A stretch of DNA of 64,000 bases from the human T2T-CHM13v2.0 reference genome, Homo sapiens: the NCBI RefSeq assembly GCF_009914755.1, contig NC_060940.1. One strand, 5' to 3'. Below, piece after piece: positions 42,106-62,015 of this stretch. The notes beneath the pieces are model-generated. The model had not been told where the DNA came from, did no database searches, and worked only from the letters and a program-made list of their open reading frames with translations. Made by a program: the position numbers and the translations under genes. The stretch's first letter is position 1. Every line of letters begins with the position of its first letter.

Positions 42106-42498
42106 CCAGAAAGATTGTTACGTGAAAAAATAAAGTGCAGAATATTTTACATAGTGAGATACTTTTTTTTCTGTAAGAAAAGAGGAAAGGAAGAATATAT
42201 CAGAATATATGCAGCATTGATTTTTAAAAATATTTAAATAAGTAAATTTAATAAAGGAAGTATGGAAAGAAGAATAAGAAACGATAAACTAATAAATATG
42301 ATTACCTCTAGGGGGTGAAGAGAAAGGCTAGGACGGGAGATGCTCCTCTCCATGAAAACCTTTTTATATTATTTTAGCTCTTAAAAAATGAACACATTAA
42401 CTGTTCTAAAATTGAATGCAAGTAAAACGTCATATTTTAAAGTGAATTCAAATATTAAGTAATTCTATTCTATCCAATTGTCTAAAGAATTGAGGGCA

Positions 42499-43160
<662 letters not shown>

Positions 43161-43734
43161 AATTCAGGGCCAGGGCAGTGGAAGAAAACATACTATGTTT
43201 ATACCTTGACATTTGTTTAAAAAAAACACCCAAACCTGGAATGTACCAATGAAAATACAAAAGCAGAGAAAGTGTGTGGTAAGTATCCCTTTAACTGAGT
43301 AGTTTGTGCTTTCTACATTTGGCGCTGTGGTTGCTTGTTGAAACCTCCCCTCTCCAGGTCACACTACATCCGGAAGCAGTATTATGGATGGGCATTCTGC
43401 TTGGCCAGTTGAAGATTAAGCTGACCAGCCAAGCATAGAAAAGAATTCCAGGACAGAGAGAGATGTTGTATTAAACATTTCTTTTCAACCTGAAGGGATC
43501 AGGTGGCCTCTTAGAGAAATGACAGAACCTATTTTCTCCTTCTCATCTGTTCTCGCCGTTGGCAATCTCTTGTTGTAGGAGGGAGTAAGTAAAGATTGCC
43601 TGGGGGTGGAGGGGTAATAGAGCTGGCATCTTTTCACAGATGTGGGCGGGAGGGTTCTGTTAGCCTGGGAGCCCCATCTCATTGGATACTCAGGAGCATA
43701 GATTCGGGAGTCAGAGTGGGGTGGATGGAGCACA

Positions 43735-43930
43735 GCTGTCCTACGCTAGTAACTGAGTGACCTTGGGCACACACTTGACTCCTCTGTGCCTCAGTTTCTT
43801 CATCTTTAAAAGGGGATAGTGATATCACCTACCTATATGATTACCATGAGGATTAAATGAGTTGATACATTGAAAAATGTTAGTAGAATGCTCAGCACAT
43901 ATGAAGTCCTCAATAAATGTTAGCACTGAA
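43735..43930 (+). mobile_element. MIR
   Basis: gtgaccttgggc...ctctgtgcctcagtttcttcatctttaaaa...gaggattaaatgag. Confidence 0.85.
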
Positions 43931-44222
43931 AGAAATAATGATAATTTTATTATTATATGACTTCAGACTAAATAGGAGAGTTGACAAGTATGTAAATGGT
44001 TGCCACTCCACATCTCTCGCCAACCAATTTACTGCATCCTTGTGAAGAAGGTTAGAGGAGAGATGTGTGGACACTGATTCACACTGATCTAAGAGAATAA
44101 ATATAGTTCCAGTAGCTATTATGTGTGAGGCACTGTGTTTGGCCCAGGGAAGGATAAATTGGTAAGCAAAATAGGACTATCTCTGCCTTCACAGAGGTCC
44201 TAAGCTACCCAGGGAGATGAAT

Positions 44223-44586
44223 GTGATGGACTGAGTATTTGTGTTTCCCCCAAATTCATGTGTTGAAGCCCTAAGGCCTGTGTGATGGTATTTGGAGGTG
44301 AGGTCCTTGAGAGATAATCAGGTTTAGGGGAGGTCGTGGTCCTCCTGATGGGATTAACGTCATTCTAAGAAGAGGAAGAGGCCAGAACTCTCTTTTTCCA
44401 TCTTGTGAAGATAAACTGAGAAGGTTGCTGCCTGCAAGAGGGGAAGGGAGCCCTCATCAGACTCCGGATCAGGTGGCACCTTGAACTTGGACTTCCCAGC
44501 CTCCAGAACTGTGAGAAATAAATGTCTGTTGTTCAAGCTACCTAATCTGTGATATTTTGTTCTGGTGGCCTGAGTTGATGAAGACC
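44223..44586 (+). mobile_element. MLT1A-type MaLR LTR
   Basis: tgtgatggactga...cccccaaattcatgtgttgaagcccta...ggacttcccagcctccagaactgtgagaaataaat. Confidence 0.85.
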
Positions 44587-45073
44587 ATGGCCAAGTAAAC
44601 AGACAACACAATGCTGTGTAAGTGCAGGCCAGTTCAGGATGCCAGAGGATCACAGGGAAGGAACATCTAATTTAAACCCTAGGAATCAGGAAAAACTTCT
44701 TACAGGCAAGGACAGGAACAGCAGACCCCCACTCCACTTGGTAATAAAACAACTATCTCTTTCCTACAGCAAAAATAGTAGTAATAGTAATAGTAGTAGC
44801 TGTAGTAGTAGCAGTAGTAGTAGTATGGTAACGATAATGCTAATAATTAAAACACATTGAGGGCTTGTTCTAAGCATGTTACATGCATTAGCTCATTTAA
44901 TCTTAACGTCTTAGTGGAGCTACTCTGCACTTACATGACTTGGCCTTACCCTAATTCTGCCCACCATAACCTATATTTATTTTAAAAGTTGATATTTCCC
45001 TCATCAGGGATTTTTTGCATTAGTTTTGATGTTTTTAAATATTGCATTAAATGTTGTTTATCTTGCTTACTGA

Positions 45074-45433
<360 letters not shown>

Positions 45434-46289
45434 TAGTCCTGGCCCTGCTGAGGAACACCATGTGGGGAAGGGTAAGCAGAGCTGTCTAGCCTGCCCAATT
45501 CAGGCTGTCTATGCAGAAGGCATTTGCGGTTCCTCCTTTCCAGACAGCATCATGGGAGGAAAGAGAAAGAGAACGCATTCCCTATTTGGACTCAGTCACC
45601 CCTTAGCATCCTCCTTCCCAAATAGGGTCCCTGCAATGGCTTTTAGTATTACTTTAACGTGGCATCAAGTCCCACTGAATCTCACAATGAGAGTCCTTCC
45701 TTATTTAACTTGCTTTCAATTATTCTAAAACCATCAAGGAGAAAGTGCCAGATTGGTGCTAATAGGTTTTTAACACCTCTCTAATACTTAATGAGCAGGC
45801 CTCTGACTTTCCTCCCCTGCCTCCTTGAATGAAGAGGGTTATGGAGCTGGAATTTTAGAATCACAAGTCTGTCCTTGAATCTGAGCCCCATTACTGTACT
45901 ATTACTGCTGGGAGGACCAGACGACTGTGATGGGAATGATGCTTCAGTCTGGATGTCTGACCTCTTTGTTTGTGCCCTCGTACCTTCATTTTTTTCAGTT
46001 TCCCTTTCTAGAATTTAGTAAACCAAACAAGAACTTTCCCTGACCTGAATACTGGGTTCAATTGTGCTGTGTTCATTATTACGCAGCATTTTACCCACGA
46101 TTACTTCCTGTTCAAGTTCCTGTTTGTTGCTGTACTCTGAGACCCCACCTAGGTACTGGAGGCTCTTCAAGGGAAGAGGAAGACAAAACCTCCTTTCTGA
46201 AGGGGAACTTAGCTCAGGGAGTGGGGTAGATACAGGACCACGTGGCATCACAGATCCAACTGTTCAGAGTCAGTCTAAAGGACTTAAAT

Positions 46290-47185
46290 TTTAGTAATTC
46301 TACTTCTGGGTGTATTCCTAAGAGAAATAGGCACGTATGTCCACAAAAAGACATGTACAAGGATGCTTATGGTAGGGTTTTCCAAAGTAGTCCTAAACTG
46401 GAAATAACCCAAGTAACTATCAACATTTAATGGATAAGTACACTGTGATATATTCATGAACAGCAATACAAAAGAACGAACACAGATACACACAAAAGCA
46501 TGGATGAATCTTACTGACATTATGTCAAGTGAAAGAATCCAGAAACCGTATGATTTTATTCATATGAAACTCAAGAACAGGGAAAACTAATCTACCATCT
46601 CAACCTTAAAAAGGAAGGAAATGCTGACACACAATGGTACATGAATGAACCTTGAAGACGTTATGCTAAGTGAAATTACAGAAAGACAAACACTGTATGA
46701 GTCTACTTTTACGAGGTACCTGGAGTAGTCAAATTCATAGAGACAGAAAGTAAAATGGTGATTGCCAGGAGCTTGGGGCAGAGGAAATGGATAGTTGTTT
46801 AATGGGTATAGAGTTTCAGTTTTGCAAGATGAAAAGAGTTCTGCAGATTGGTTGCACAGCAATATGAATGTACATAACACCACTGAACTACAAACTTAAA
46901 AAGGCTAAGATGGTAAATGTTATGTTATATATTTATACCACAATTTAAAAGATTCTAACAACAACAGCAACAAAACCTAATCTATGATGATGAAAGTCAG
47001 ACAGTGGCTCCCTTTTGAGGTAATATTTCCTGGGAAAAGGTACAGAAGAGTTTCTGGGGAACTAGAACTTTTCTGTATGTTGACCTGGTGGAAGTCATGT
47101 GGGTATATACATATATAAAAAACATAGTCTGTTGCATGTACAGCTTATTGCATAGATGTTATACTATAACAAAAAAGTATTTTAA
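46290..47185 (+). mobile_element. L1ME 3' region with a nested L1MB 3' end (~46594-46972)
   Basis: L1 3'UTR motifs; TSD-like aaaa(c)ctaatcta at ~46583 and ~46972. Confidence 0.75.
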
Positions 47186-47200
47186 AGAAGGTAGCCATCT

Positions 47201-47732
47201 GCTGGGCACAGTGGCTCATGCCTGTAATCCCAGCACTTTGGGAAGCCGAGGCGGGCAGATCACGAGGTCAGGAGTTTGAGACTAGCCTGGCCAACATGGT
47301 GAAACCCCGTCTCTACTAAAAATACAAAAAATTAGCTGGGCATGGTTGTGAGCACCTGTAATTCCAGCTGCTCAGGAGGCTGAGACAAGAGACTGCTTGA
47401 ACCCTGGAGGTGGAGGTTGCAGTGAGCTGAGATCGCACTACTGCACTCCAGCCTGGGTGAGTGGCTCCATCTCGAGCCACTGGAGTGCAGTGGCTCAAAC
47501 TTGGCTCACTGTAACCTCCGCCTCCCAGGTTCAAATGATTCTTCTGCCTCAGCCTCCCGAGTAGCTAGGATTACAGGCACATGCCAGCATACCTATCTAA
47601 TTTTTGTATTTTTAGTAGAGATGGGGTTATACCATGTTGGCCAGGCTGGTCACGAATTCCTGACCTCAAGTGATCTGCCTGCCTTGGCCTCCCAAGTGCT
47701 GGGATTACAGGTGTGAGCCACCGTGCCCGGCC
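47201..47732. mobile_element. Two inverted AluS elements fused tail-to-tail
   Basis: Sense 47201-47472 and antisense 47480-47732; both poly-A tails are absent. Confidence 0.9.
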
Positions 47733-47949
47733 CATCTTAGCTATTTTTAAGTGTAGTCCAGTGATGTTAAGTGCATTCATGTTGTTGTGCCACCATCACC
47801 ACCATCCATCTCCGGAACTCTTTTCGTCTTGCAAAGCCAAAGCTATACCCATTAAACAATAATGCTCCATTTCTTCCTGCTCCCAGCCCCCAGCAACCAC
47901 CATTCTACTTTCTGTCCCTATGATTTTGACTACTCTAGGTACCTCATAT

Positions 47950-48375
47950 GTATTAGTCCATTTTCTGTTGCTTATAACAGAATACCTGAACCTGGGTAAT
48001 ATAAAGAAAAGGAATTTATTTCTTACAGTTATGAAGGCTGAGAAGTCTAAGGTTGAGGGGCCACATCTGGTGAGAGCCTTCTTGTTGGTGAGGACTCTCT
48101 GAAGATTGCAGAGGTAGCTCAGGGTATTATATGGTGAGGGGGCTGACCATACTAATGTACTTGTTCAGATCTCTCTTCCTCTTCACATAAAGCCACCAGT
48201 TCCCCTCCCATTATAAGACATTAATTTATTAACCCATTAATTCACTCATGAGGGCAGACCACATCATGATCCAACCATCACTTAAGGGCCCCACCTATTA
48301 ATACTACCACACTGGGGATTAACTTTCCAACACATGAAATCTGGGGGGGTGGGGGAGGCACATTAAAACAATATC
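47950..48375 (-). mobile_element. MST (MaLR) LTR nested in an antisense L1MB (47733-48620)
   Basis: tgtattagtccattttctgttgcttataacagaatacctg start; 5-bp TSD-like catat/cgtat. Confidence 0.8.
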
Positions 48376-48619
48376 GTATAAGTGCAATCATACAGTATTT
48401 GTCTTTTTATGACTTGCTTCTTTCACTTAGCATCATGTTCTCAAGGTTCATACATGTTGTAGCATGTGTCAGAATTTTCTTCTTTTTGAGGCTGAATAAT
48501 ATTTCATTGTATGTATATGCTACATTTTGCTTATCTTTTCATGTTTTAGCTACTGTGACTAATGCTGCTGTCAACATGGGTACAAATATTTCTTTCAGAC
48601 CCTGCTTTCACATTTTTTA

Positions 48620-50520
<1,901 letters not shown>

Positions 50521-50599
50521 CCTCTCTCCCTTCCTCTCTCCCTGCCTTCCTGCCTTCCTTCCCCTCTATCTCTTTCCTTCTTTCTCCCCCTGTCTCTCT

Positions 50600-51389
<790 letters not shown>

Positions 51390-51469
51390 CTACTGTATCC
51401 TTGTCCTACCTTAGAGAAGAGGAAAATGAGACACAGGAGGAAGTAAGTGACTTGCCCAGGGTTATGCAC

Positions 51470-52282
<813 letters not shown>

Positions 52283-52499
52283 CTGGAGCAAAGGGACCTT
52301 GGACTCCATTCTCAGCCACAGCAACCTGCCCCCTCACTGCCTCTGAAATCTTTCAAGTGACCAGCATTCACTCCTTCATGAGCAGAGTGGGCCTGGGGGG
52401 CTCTGGTGGCAAGGAGGACCCATGCCCAATCTACGGGGAGCTGCTGCCCTGCAGCTCCTGTTGGCACTATGCCATGTTGCCCTAATCTCTTGCCTGATC

Positions 52500-53140
52500 T
52501 GCTCAGTTGACCTCTTCACTGCTCTTCCTGCCTCCACCCTTTCTCCTCTAATTTCCACATAGTAGCTAGGGTAAGCTTTTAAAATGAAAACCCCATAAGT
52601 TGTATCAGGCCACTCCTCAGCTTCCAACCCTCCAATGGCTTCCATTCACTGGAGTGAAATCCAAACTCCTTATCACATTTGCAAAGCCCTTTGGGGCCCT
52701 GCTACCTCCCTGACCTCATCTCATAAGTCCTCTCTCCTCTCTGTTCATCCAACCACTGAGGCCTTCTCGCTATTTCTCCAACATACCAAGCTTGATACTC
52801 CCCTAGGCTCTTTGCATTTTCTGTTTTCTCTGTCTGGAAACTCTCGATAGTCCCCTGGCTCACCCTCTCACTTTATTCAGGCCTTACTCAGATGTCCCCA
52901 TATTATAAAGGATTTCCCTGTGGTCTTTATAATAATGCTTTATTTTTATTTACAAACATTCTATTATACACCACCAGGTATGGATTCGTTAGTTGGTTAG
53001 GTTATTACTCCCCCTTCCCCATTAGACTATAAGCTCCACGAGGGCAGGGACCTTTGTCTGGTTTGTTTAACAGTATCTGGAACAGCACACAGTAGGTGCT
53101 TAATAAGCAATTTGTTGATTGAAAGAACAAATGTATGAGT
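52500..53140 (+). mobile_element. L2 3' end
   Basis: actataagctccacgagggcagggacc...acacagtaggtgcttaataa...ttgttgattgaa. Confidence 0.8.
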
Positions 53141-55238
53141 GAGGGAGGAATGTAGGCTCCATTTAGCTCTATCTTTTTTCCTAGATAAGTCAGAATCTGG
53201 ATATTTAAGTAAAATTCTATGACCCGTGAACTTAAAAAACAACAACAACAACAACAACCCACTGGGCTAGCTTAAAAAAAATAGAGCATCTGGAGCCACC
53301 AGTTTGAGACCCTGACCTACAGGAATCTGGGTCCAATGGGAACCACATTTCTCATCCTCACTTGGTGCAACGCCTTCAGGAACCAAGTGGCTCTTTTCCA
53401 TCCACAGCCCTTGCATCCCCAGGCCCCGGCGCCATGAGGTACTGTTTGTTGTTACAGACCAAAGTCATCCAGGGCACTTCATTCAAAAGGCAGGATGTGG
53501 GCTGTGAGCTTCCAGCTCATCAGTTCAAAGGAAATCTACTTCAGCAGCAATGTCTCCTGGGATGTTTTCCCAAGCCTCCCTGGGAGGTGGTGGGGCCTCT
53601 TCAAGGACTAATAATAGACAGGCACATCCAGTTTCCCAAACATGTCAACCTTAAAAGTGAATGCTATTTTTTCCTCCTTACCTTTGAATTACTATGTAGG
53701 AGAGGGACATTCTATTATTGCAGCCCTTGCTCTCGACATGCTACCTAATAATGACTTACCACTCAGCAGCTTCCAGGCAAAATTGTCATAGTGGGACCTG
53801 AGCTCGTGCAACTCCAGCCTGCCCCCCTTCATCCACCACTACTCAGGTTCACCCCTTTGTCACCAGGATGCTTTGTAGTCAGGCCAGCCCAATCACCATT
53901 CAGCAACGGTATGACTGTGGGTGTATCTTAATCACTCTGAACCTCCCCATCCTTATCCATAATGAAAGTTACCAGATCTACATAGGGTTGTTGCGGGGGC
54001 TAAATAAGACAGCACAAGTACCTGATGCCCAGCAATCACTTGATATTTATTATTAAACACCTACTGGGTGTGAGTGGGGGTAAGAAGTGCCGACCTTTAA
54101 GTCTTCATTCATTCACTTGTTCATCCATGCCCTCACTCAATCAACCAATATTTACTGGGGTCTTGGGAGGTGTCAGGCACTGAGCTTGGTGCTGGGCGAC
54201 ATGGTGGTGAACAGCCCCCCTGCTCTCACAGAGCCTAGGTCTGGTGAAGGAGCTCACAGCCTAATGAAGCTCTGCGTTCCCAGAGTGGGGGACATGGTGG
54301 CAGTGGGTATCTTTAGGCCTTGTGCATGAACAGGGCGCTAAATAACATTGAATTACACATTGTAGACAATTATTACCCTTTCAGTTACCTTCAGATCACA
54401 TCAAGGAGAGAGTCCTGGTTGGATAGTAATGTCTTTAACACCCCTCTAGCATTTATTAATTTCCTCTCTTAACAAATAAAAGATGACTTCAGTCGAAGAT
54501 GCTTAGGACAGATGACGGCACCTGGAGATATTTTAATAATGTAGATACCTCTTGCTGTTCAAACTCAGACCAAAAGAGATAGGCTTTTTTTCCCCCAGAG
54601 GGTGCACAAATACGACCAGAATTTGTGAAGACGAGTCAGAAATGAATGAAATTTGGAAAAATATTGATCTACTGAAATCCTTCCTCCCCACACTATTAGC
54701 CCTATGTTACAGTTGGGGAAACGGAGTCGTTTTGCAGAGGGGATGGACAGAAGGTAGGGAGTTCTCTTCCAAACGTGCAGGAGGCAAGCAAAGCCAAGAA
54801 TCTTCTCTGTCGTGGAGTTAGAGACATATAAAATAAAGATCGCTCCTCCCCTACCTCTGCAGAACGTGTGTGTGTATGTGTGTGTAAGTGTGTGCGGCCA
54901 CAAGCCTTTCCGAATGAGTGACAGCGGGAGCCCATCCCTCCAGGAGACGCGTGCAGAATGACCAATGGGATGGATGGGGGTGGATGGGTACCAGTCTCCG
55001 CAGAGGCCGGGGTGGAATTCGCTGCGCCCCACCCCTTCCACCCGCTCCCCTTCGCCCCGTAGGTCTTTCCACTCTCGCTCCTCCCCTGGGCACATCTCCT
55101 GAACGCAGCCCCGGGGGCGGAGGACGGGGTGGGGTGGGGGGCGAGGCTCGGGTCCGACGACCCCGGGCTGCGGTCCCGGCGCTGCAGAGCTGCGGCTGTG
55201 CACGCTTAGCCGCGAGGCCCGCGGTAGCCCGGGCGCCG

Positions 55239-55356
55239 ATATGTAAAGCAGCTGGCAGCGCTGGGCGGGGCCTGGGCGCGATGCAAATGAGGAGGGCGGG
55301 GCTGGCCCGGGGCTCCGCCTCCCTCCCCCGCAGCTGGGGCCAGCGGTGCCAAGCGC

Positions 55357-55379
<23 letters not shown>
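55239..55379 (+). promoter_or_regulatory. PRKCB: PRKCB TATA-less core promoter
   Basis: Octamer ATGCAAAT at 55281-55288. GC boxes GGGCGGGG at 55263-55270 and 55294-55301. CAGCTG E-boxes at 55249, 55331, 55356 and 55374. No TATA box. Confidence 0.85.
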
Positions 55380-56752
<1,373 letters not shown>

Positions 56753-56784
56753 GGGCTTCGGGAAGCAGGGATTCCAGTGCCAAG
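56753..56784 (+). CDS. PRKCB: PRKCB coding exon 2 (32 nt): C1A segment (W)GFGKQGFQCQ
   Basis: Polypyrimidine tract and acceptor ttttgcag|G at 56752/56753, donor CAAG|gtaggc at 56784/56785. Phase matches exon 1 (TG+G = Trp) and continues the C1 zinc finger. Confidence 0.98.
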
Positions 56785-58656
56785 GTAGGCTCTGGGGCTT
56801 TGGGGATGCTATTTGTGGGAAGAGAGGGTGAAAAATACTTTATAGAAGAAGTTACTGAGTTAGGCAGAGAGTGAAAGAATCACGTTGGTCGGAGTGACCT
56901 CCCAGGCTAGGAATTCTTCACCACAACAGGGTCCTTTCAAGGGGTGTGTGTGTGACTGGGGCCGATGGCGCTTGGGAGTCTTACATGCCAAGGAAGTTCA
57001 CCTACCCTTCCTGCCTTCCCGGCTCTGGAAGAGTCAAAGCGGTCTCCTGAAGCAATCCTGGCATGGTCAGTTCCGCTGGGGGAGAAAGTGTTTTCCCGGG
57101 ACGTTTCTGGGAGAACCTGTCCTCCTTAGTTCCCCTTTCTCTGCCCATGTCCCTTCCTTATCTCACCCAGGGAGGTTCTGCCTCTCCCTGCCTTGCAGAG
57201 GTCTCTGCAGGTGGCTGCCGCTCCTCTGCAGATGGTGCATCCCCTAGAAAGGCGACTGTGTTTGTCGCCTGGGCCTCCTCTCTCTCTGAAAGAAGTATTT
57301 CCAGAGGGAGTGTTTCTCAGATCCTGGTTTAAATCACCCTATCTTCTGGGTTGAAACAGAAAGGTCTCCAGGGCACTGGTTACCTGAGTTCTTGCATCTG
57401 GCTTGAGATCCTGGACTCTAACCAGGGGTATCAAACCTGCTGGTGGTGAGTTGATCACGTGTAAAGTGTCCCCCTCCCCCGTCTTTGGGGCTCATGTCTA
57501 AAAGACAGATTGCAAATTGGCTCTCCAGGACCAAAAGTCACCCGCAGCTCTGTGTAGCCCTTAGGGTGTCTTACTTGTGAATTTGATGTGAACGTTTTAG
57601 AACTGGGAGATTTCACATACACATCCTAATTTCCAACTTTAACTTTGCTGAGAAATGGTCTCACTTTCGCTTGAAAACAATCGTTTGGAGCTGAGAGCCG
57701 TCGTCGTAGATGGGGAACAGCCTTACCATTTTGTCTCAGTTGATCCCAGTGGGGAACACTTCACCCATTTCTGGCCCCTGTGGGCATTTAAGTTTGCAAC
57801 CTCTCATCTGGAAAGTTTGTGTGTTATGTTTTCTTTTTAATTTAAATTTTAATTTTTCACTCTTGGGCTTGGTAAGATTGAGTTTGGTAAGAAACGGCAC
57901 ATTTCTGGGGTATTGTATCTTTAGGGGCAAAGTGACCACCACCCTGGTGAGCTGGGTTTAAATCAAAAGAAAGTATTTGAGTGTGGAAGAGTCTGACGTG
58001 ATTTAGCACTGACTGACAGTTTTGTGGCTGCACCTCCACCCTCCAGGGAAAAGTAAAGTGATCCCTAGTGAGTGTAGGTGGCATCGTCAGTGGTGCAGAA
58101 TGTTTGCTTGCTGGCAGCATGGCACTGTGCTCCTCTGAGACTCTTGCATACTCTTCTGAGATCGGGGTCCCGGTGGGCTCAGTGAGCCCTGCCAACCTAC
58201 CCAGCCTGTCTTACCAAGATTTGGATCCTCTGCACCACACCAGAGGACTCCTCAAGTCTCTTTAAGTGGCAACAACTTAGGCCCTGGTGCAAACAAGTTT
58301 GGATTGTTTTCTAGAACTTTGACCCCTCAAACAAAATGCCAATGGTGTCTTGGCACCGGAATGTGTAATTTCTTCTTTGAGGTTGCCTTTCACTTCCATG
58401 AATCAGTTTCAGTCTTTGTCTCTTGCTGAGATCGGGGGCGATTTTTAAACATTTTTACCACGGATCTTCTATGCCACCTGCTCTGCTGTTATTGATGGAT
58501 GGGAAAGTCACTTTGGAATGTGCAAGGCATGACACATTTGAAATAGGAGATCCTTTAACTCAAAGTCTGGAAGATAATAGGAATTTTCTGATGTTAAGAG
58601 AAAAAGGCAGAATTAAAGTTTGTAATGAAATATGGGTGCTCTAGAGATAGGAGTGT

Positions 58657-58948
58657 CTTTTTTTTTTTTTTTTGACAGGGTCTCACTCTTTTGCCCCGGC
58701 TGGAGTACAGTGGTATGATCAGAGCTCACTGCAGCCTCAAACTCATGGGCTCAAGTGATCCTCCTGCATCAGCCTCCTGATTAATTGGGACTACAAGTAC
58801 GCACCACCATGCCTGGCTAATTTTAAAACAACTTTTGTAGAGAAGGGGTCTTGTGATGTTGCAAGACTGGTCTTGAACTCCTGGCTTCAAGCAACCCTCC
58901 CACCTCAGCCCCCAAGTGTTGGGATTATAGGTGTGAGCCACTATGCCC
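58657..58948 (-). mobile_element. Alu (AluJ-like) in PRKCB intron 2
   Basis: Antisense dimer with TSD ggagtgtct. Confidence 0.9.
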
Positions 58949-60453
58949 CTCTGGAGTGTCTATTTTTTAAATTGCCTTTCTTTTTCTCTTCCCTGCCTCC
59001 CCACCAAGAGGCAGCGTAGAGAAGTGGGCATTTGCACAGGCTACCAGGCAAGTCCCTGTCGGTCTGAATCCTAGCTTTGAGACTTCCCAGGCATATTACT
59101 TAGCCTCTCTGTATTTCAGCCTCCTTGTCTATAAAACGGAGTCAGTAACAGTACCATAGTGTGGCTGAGCAGATCCAACTCATTGCAATATCCAAGATTC
59201 TTGGACCAGAGCTTGACACAGAGTATGCTCAGAAAATATCTGCTCTTATGATTGTCCCCAGACTACCCCAATGGTGGGGCAGCTGGCACGAGAGAAGACT
59301 GGCTCTGCAGGGTTGCTTTGCTATGGAACTGCCTGCCAGGTAAGAGTCAAAACTCAGCCATGAACTTCTGGTCACTCTGTGTAGCTGCTTTGACAGCATA
59401 TTCCATTTGGGCAGCAGTAGGGAGGAGTGAGGGGAGGGGCAGATTGGCAGTCCCTGAAATTGAGATGTTTAGAATGGGAACATATAGGAAAGAGGGAAAT
59501 TTATCCCTGGTACTCAGCATTGCCTGGGACTAATTCTGGAACCACTGAGGAGTTCCTTAGTATCTGATTGTTCTTGGTATCAGATATTTCCTCTGAAAGT
59601 AAATCCACTTACGATGGAATCAACAGTTTATACAAAACACATAAGGTTTTATGATCTCACTTAAGTCAGCAATCCAGAGCCCAGGGCCTCAGGTTCCTTT
59701 GAGTTTTCTGCTCCACTATCCCTGGGGAGTGACAATTATCTCATGGTCCAAAAAGGATGCTAGACGCTGGAGTCCTCACACCCTTCTTTCAGCTAGCAGG
59801 AAGGAAGAAAGGGGTAAAGAAGGGCATATAGCACATGCTCGGTGTCACTTGTTTAAGTTGCTCAAGATCCTTCTACCTACATCCTCTTAGCTAGGGTTTA
59901 ATCACATACCCACACCTTGCTGTGAGGGAGCATGTGGGAAATGTAGTGTTTATTTCAGGCAGCCACTATTTAGAGGATGTTTCCATTTCAAAAATACAAG
60001 CAGAGAGAGGATGTCGTCTCTGCCACTCTGGTAGGAGGTGTGTAGGATGATCGCAAGGCAAAGAAACCATTGAGAGTAACCTTCAGGCTCTATTACATTG
60101 TCATGGAAATTGGGGACACTGCTATGGGTTGGGAGAGGAAGGATGGAAAACTCATAAACCTTGGGAAATTATGGATTTCTGTGTGCTCAGGGGAGCTTAA
60201 GAATAGATTTTCTTGCTTTCGTATGATGATAGGACGAAACTCTAGGTTGACTGCCTCATAATTTCTCCCTTTTTGTTTCCACTCTGTCTATTTCTTATAA
60301 AACCACTCTCTGGGAGGTAATTTAAGAATGTGTTTGATGACAGGGAACTGGGGCTGAAGATCCCTATTGTAAAATTGCCTAAATTCTAGAGTAGAAGTGG
60401 AACTCCTTTGACAAGCAAGGCAGATTTCTCTCTATGGCATTTTTTTCTTTGCC

Positions 60454-60757
60454 TTTTATTTATTTATTTATTTTTTGAGACAGAGTCTCACTCTGTTGCC
60501 CAGGCTGCAGTGCAGTGGCACCATTTCGACTCACGGTAACCTCCATCTCCTGGGGCTCAAGCGATTCTTCTGCCTCAGCCTCCCAGGTTGCTGGGATTAC
60601 GGGGGCCTGCCACCACGCCTGGCTAATTTTTGTATTTTTAGTAGAGATGGGGTTTCATCATTTTGGCCAGGCTGGTCTTGAACTCCTGACCTCAGGTGAT
60701 CCACCCGCCTCGGACTCCCAAAGTGTTCAGATTACAGGCATGAGCTACAGTGCTGGC
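60454..60757 (-). mobile_element. AluS in PRKCB intron 2
   Basis: Antisense dimer. Confidence 0.9.
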
Positions 60758-60862
60758 TGTTTCTGTGGCATTCTTTACAGGAACTTAGGACCTGCATTTG
60801 AGCTTTAATTTTAATTAAAGTCTTCTCTAAGAAGATTTTTGGTAGAGAGAAAAACCTTCTTC

Positions 60863-61465
<603 letters not shown>

Positions 61466-61519
61466 TTGTTGTTTTTGTAAAGGAAGTGACTTTGGTAGAA
61501 ATAGAGAGGCAATAAAATA

Positions 61520-61740
61520 TAGAGATTCAGAATTCTTAGCAATGAGTTGGAGTCCAGTAGAATTGGGTATGTATCTCTGATGGAGCCGCTTACTCCCTGT
61601 GTGACCTTGGGCAAGTCGTCCCCCAGCAGCAACTTTGGTCTCCTCATCTGTAAAATGGGGATAATAGCACCTAACTCATAGGGTTATGGTGAAGAATAAT
61701 GAGGTGGTGCATGAGAAATAGCCACAGCAAGTATCAATGA
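61520..61740 (+). mobile_element. MIR
   Basis: tgtgtgaccttgggcaagtc...cctcatctgtaaaatggggataatagcacc. Confidence 0.8.
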
Positions 61741-62015
61741 CTCTAAGTGAGACCATCAGTATTACTTGATTAGCTGTAGGAAACTGTGTCAAAGTGGGAC
61801 GGAGTTCATTCTGGAACTTGTTAAATGACTAGGCCTCTTTCATGTACTTAGATAGTTTCTCTTCTTGGGTATATTTCTTCCTGGGTATTGGGTAACACCA
61901 GTGAGTGCTCAGTTCAGTGTCTGGGCCCAGAAACCCATGCCTGGTTAGCATTGTCTTTTCTTCTGAGAAAGATCTGAACTTGCCATGGACTCTCTAGAAA
62001 AACCCCAGTGTACAA

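Noticed and set aside
59001-59016. CCACCAAGAGGCAG CTCF-like motif
   Set aside because: Mismatch at the near-invariant core G; too weak to call.
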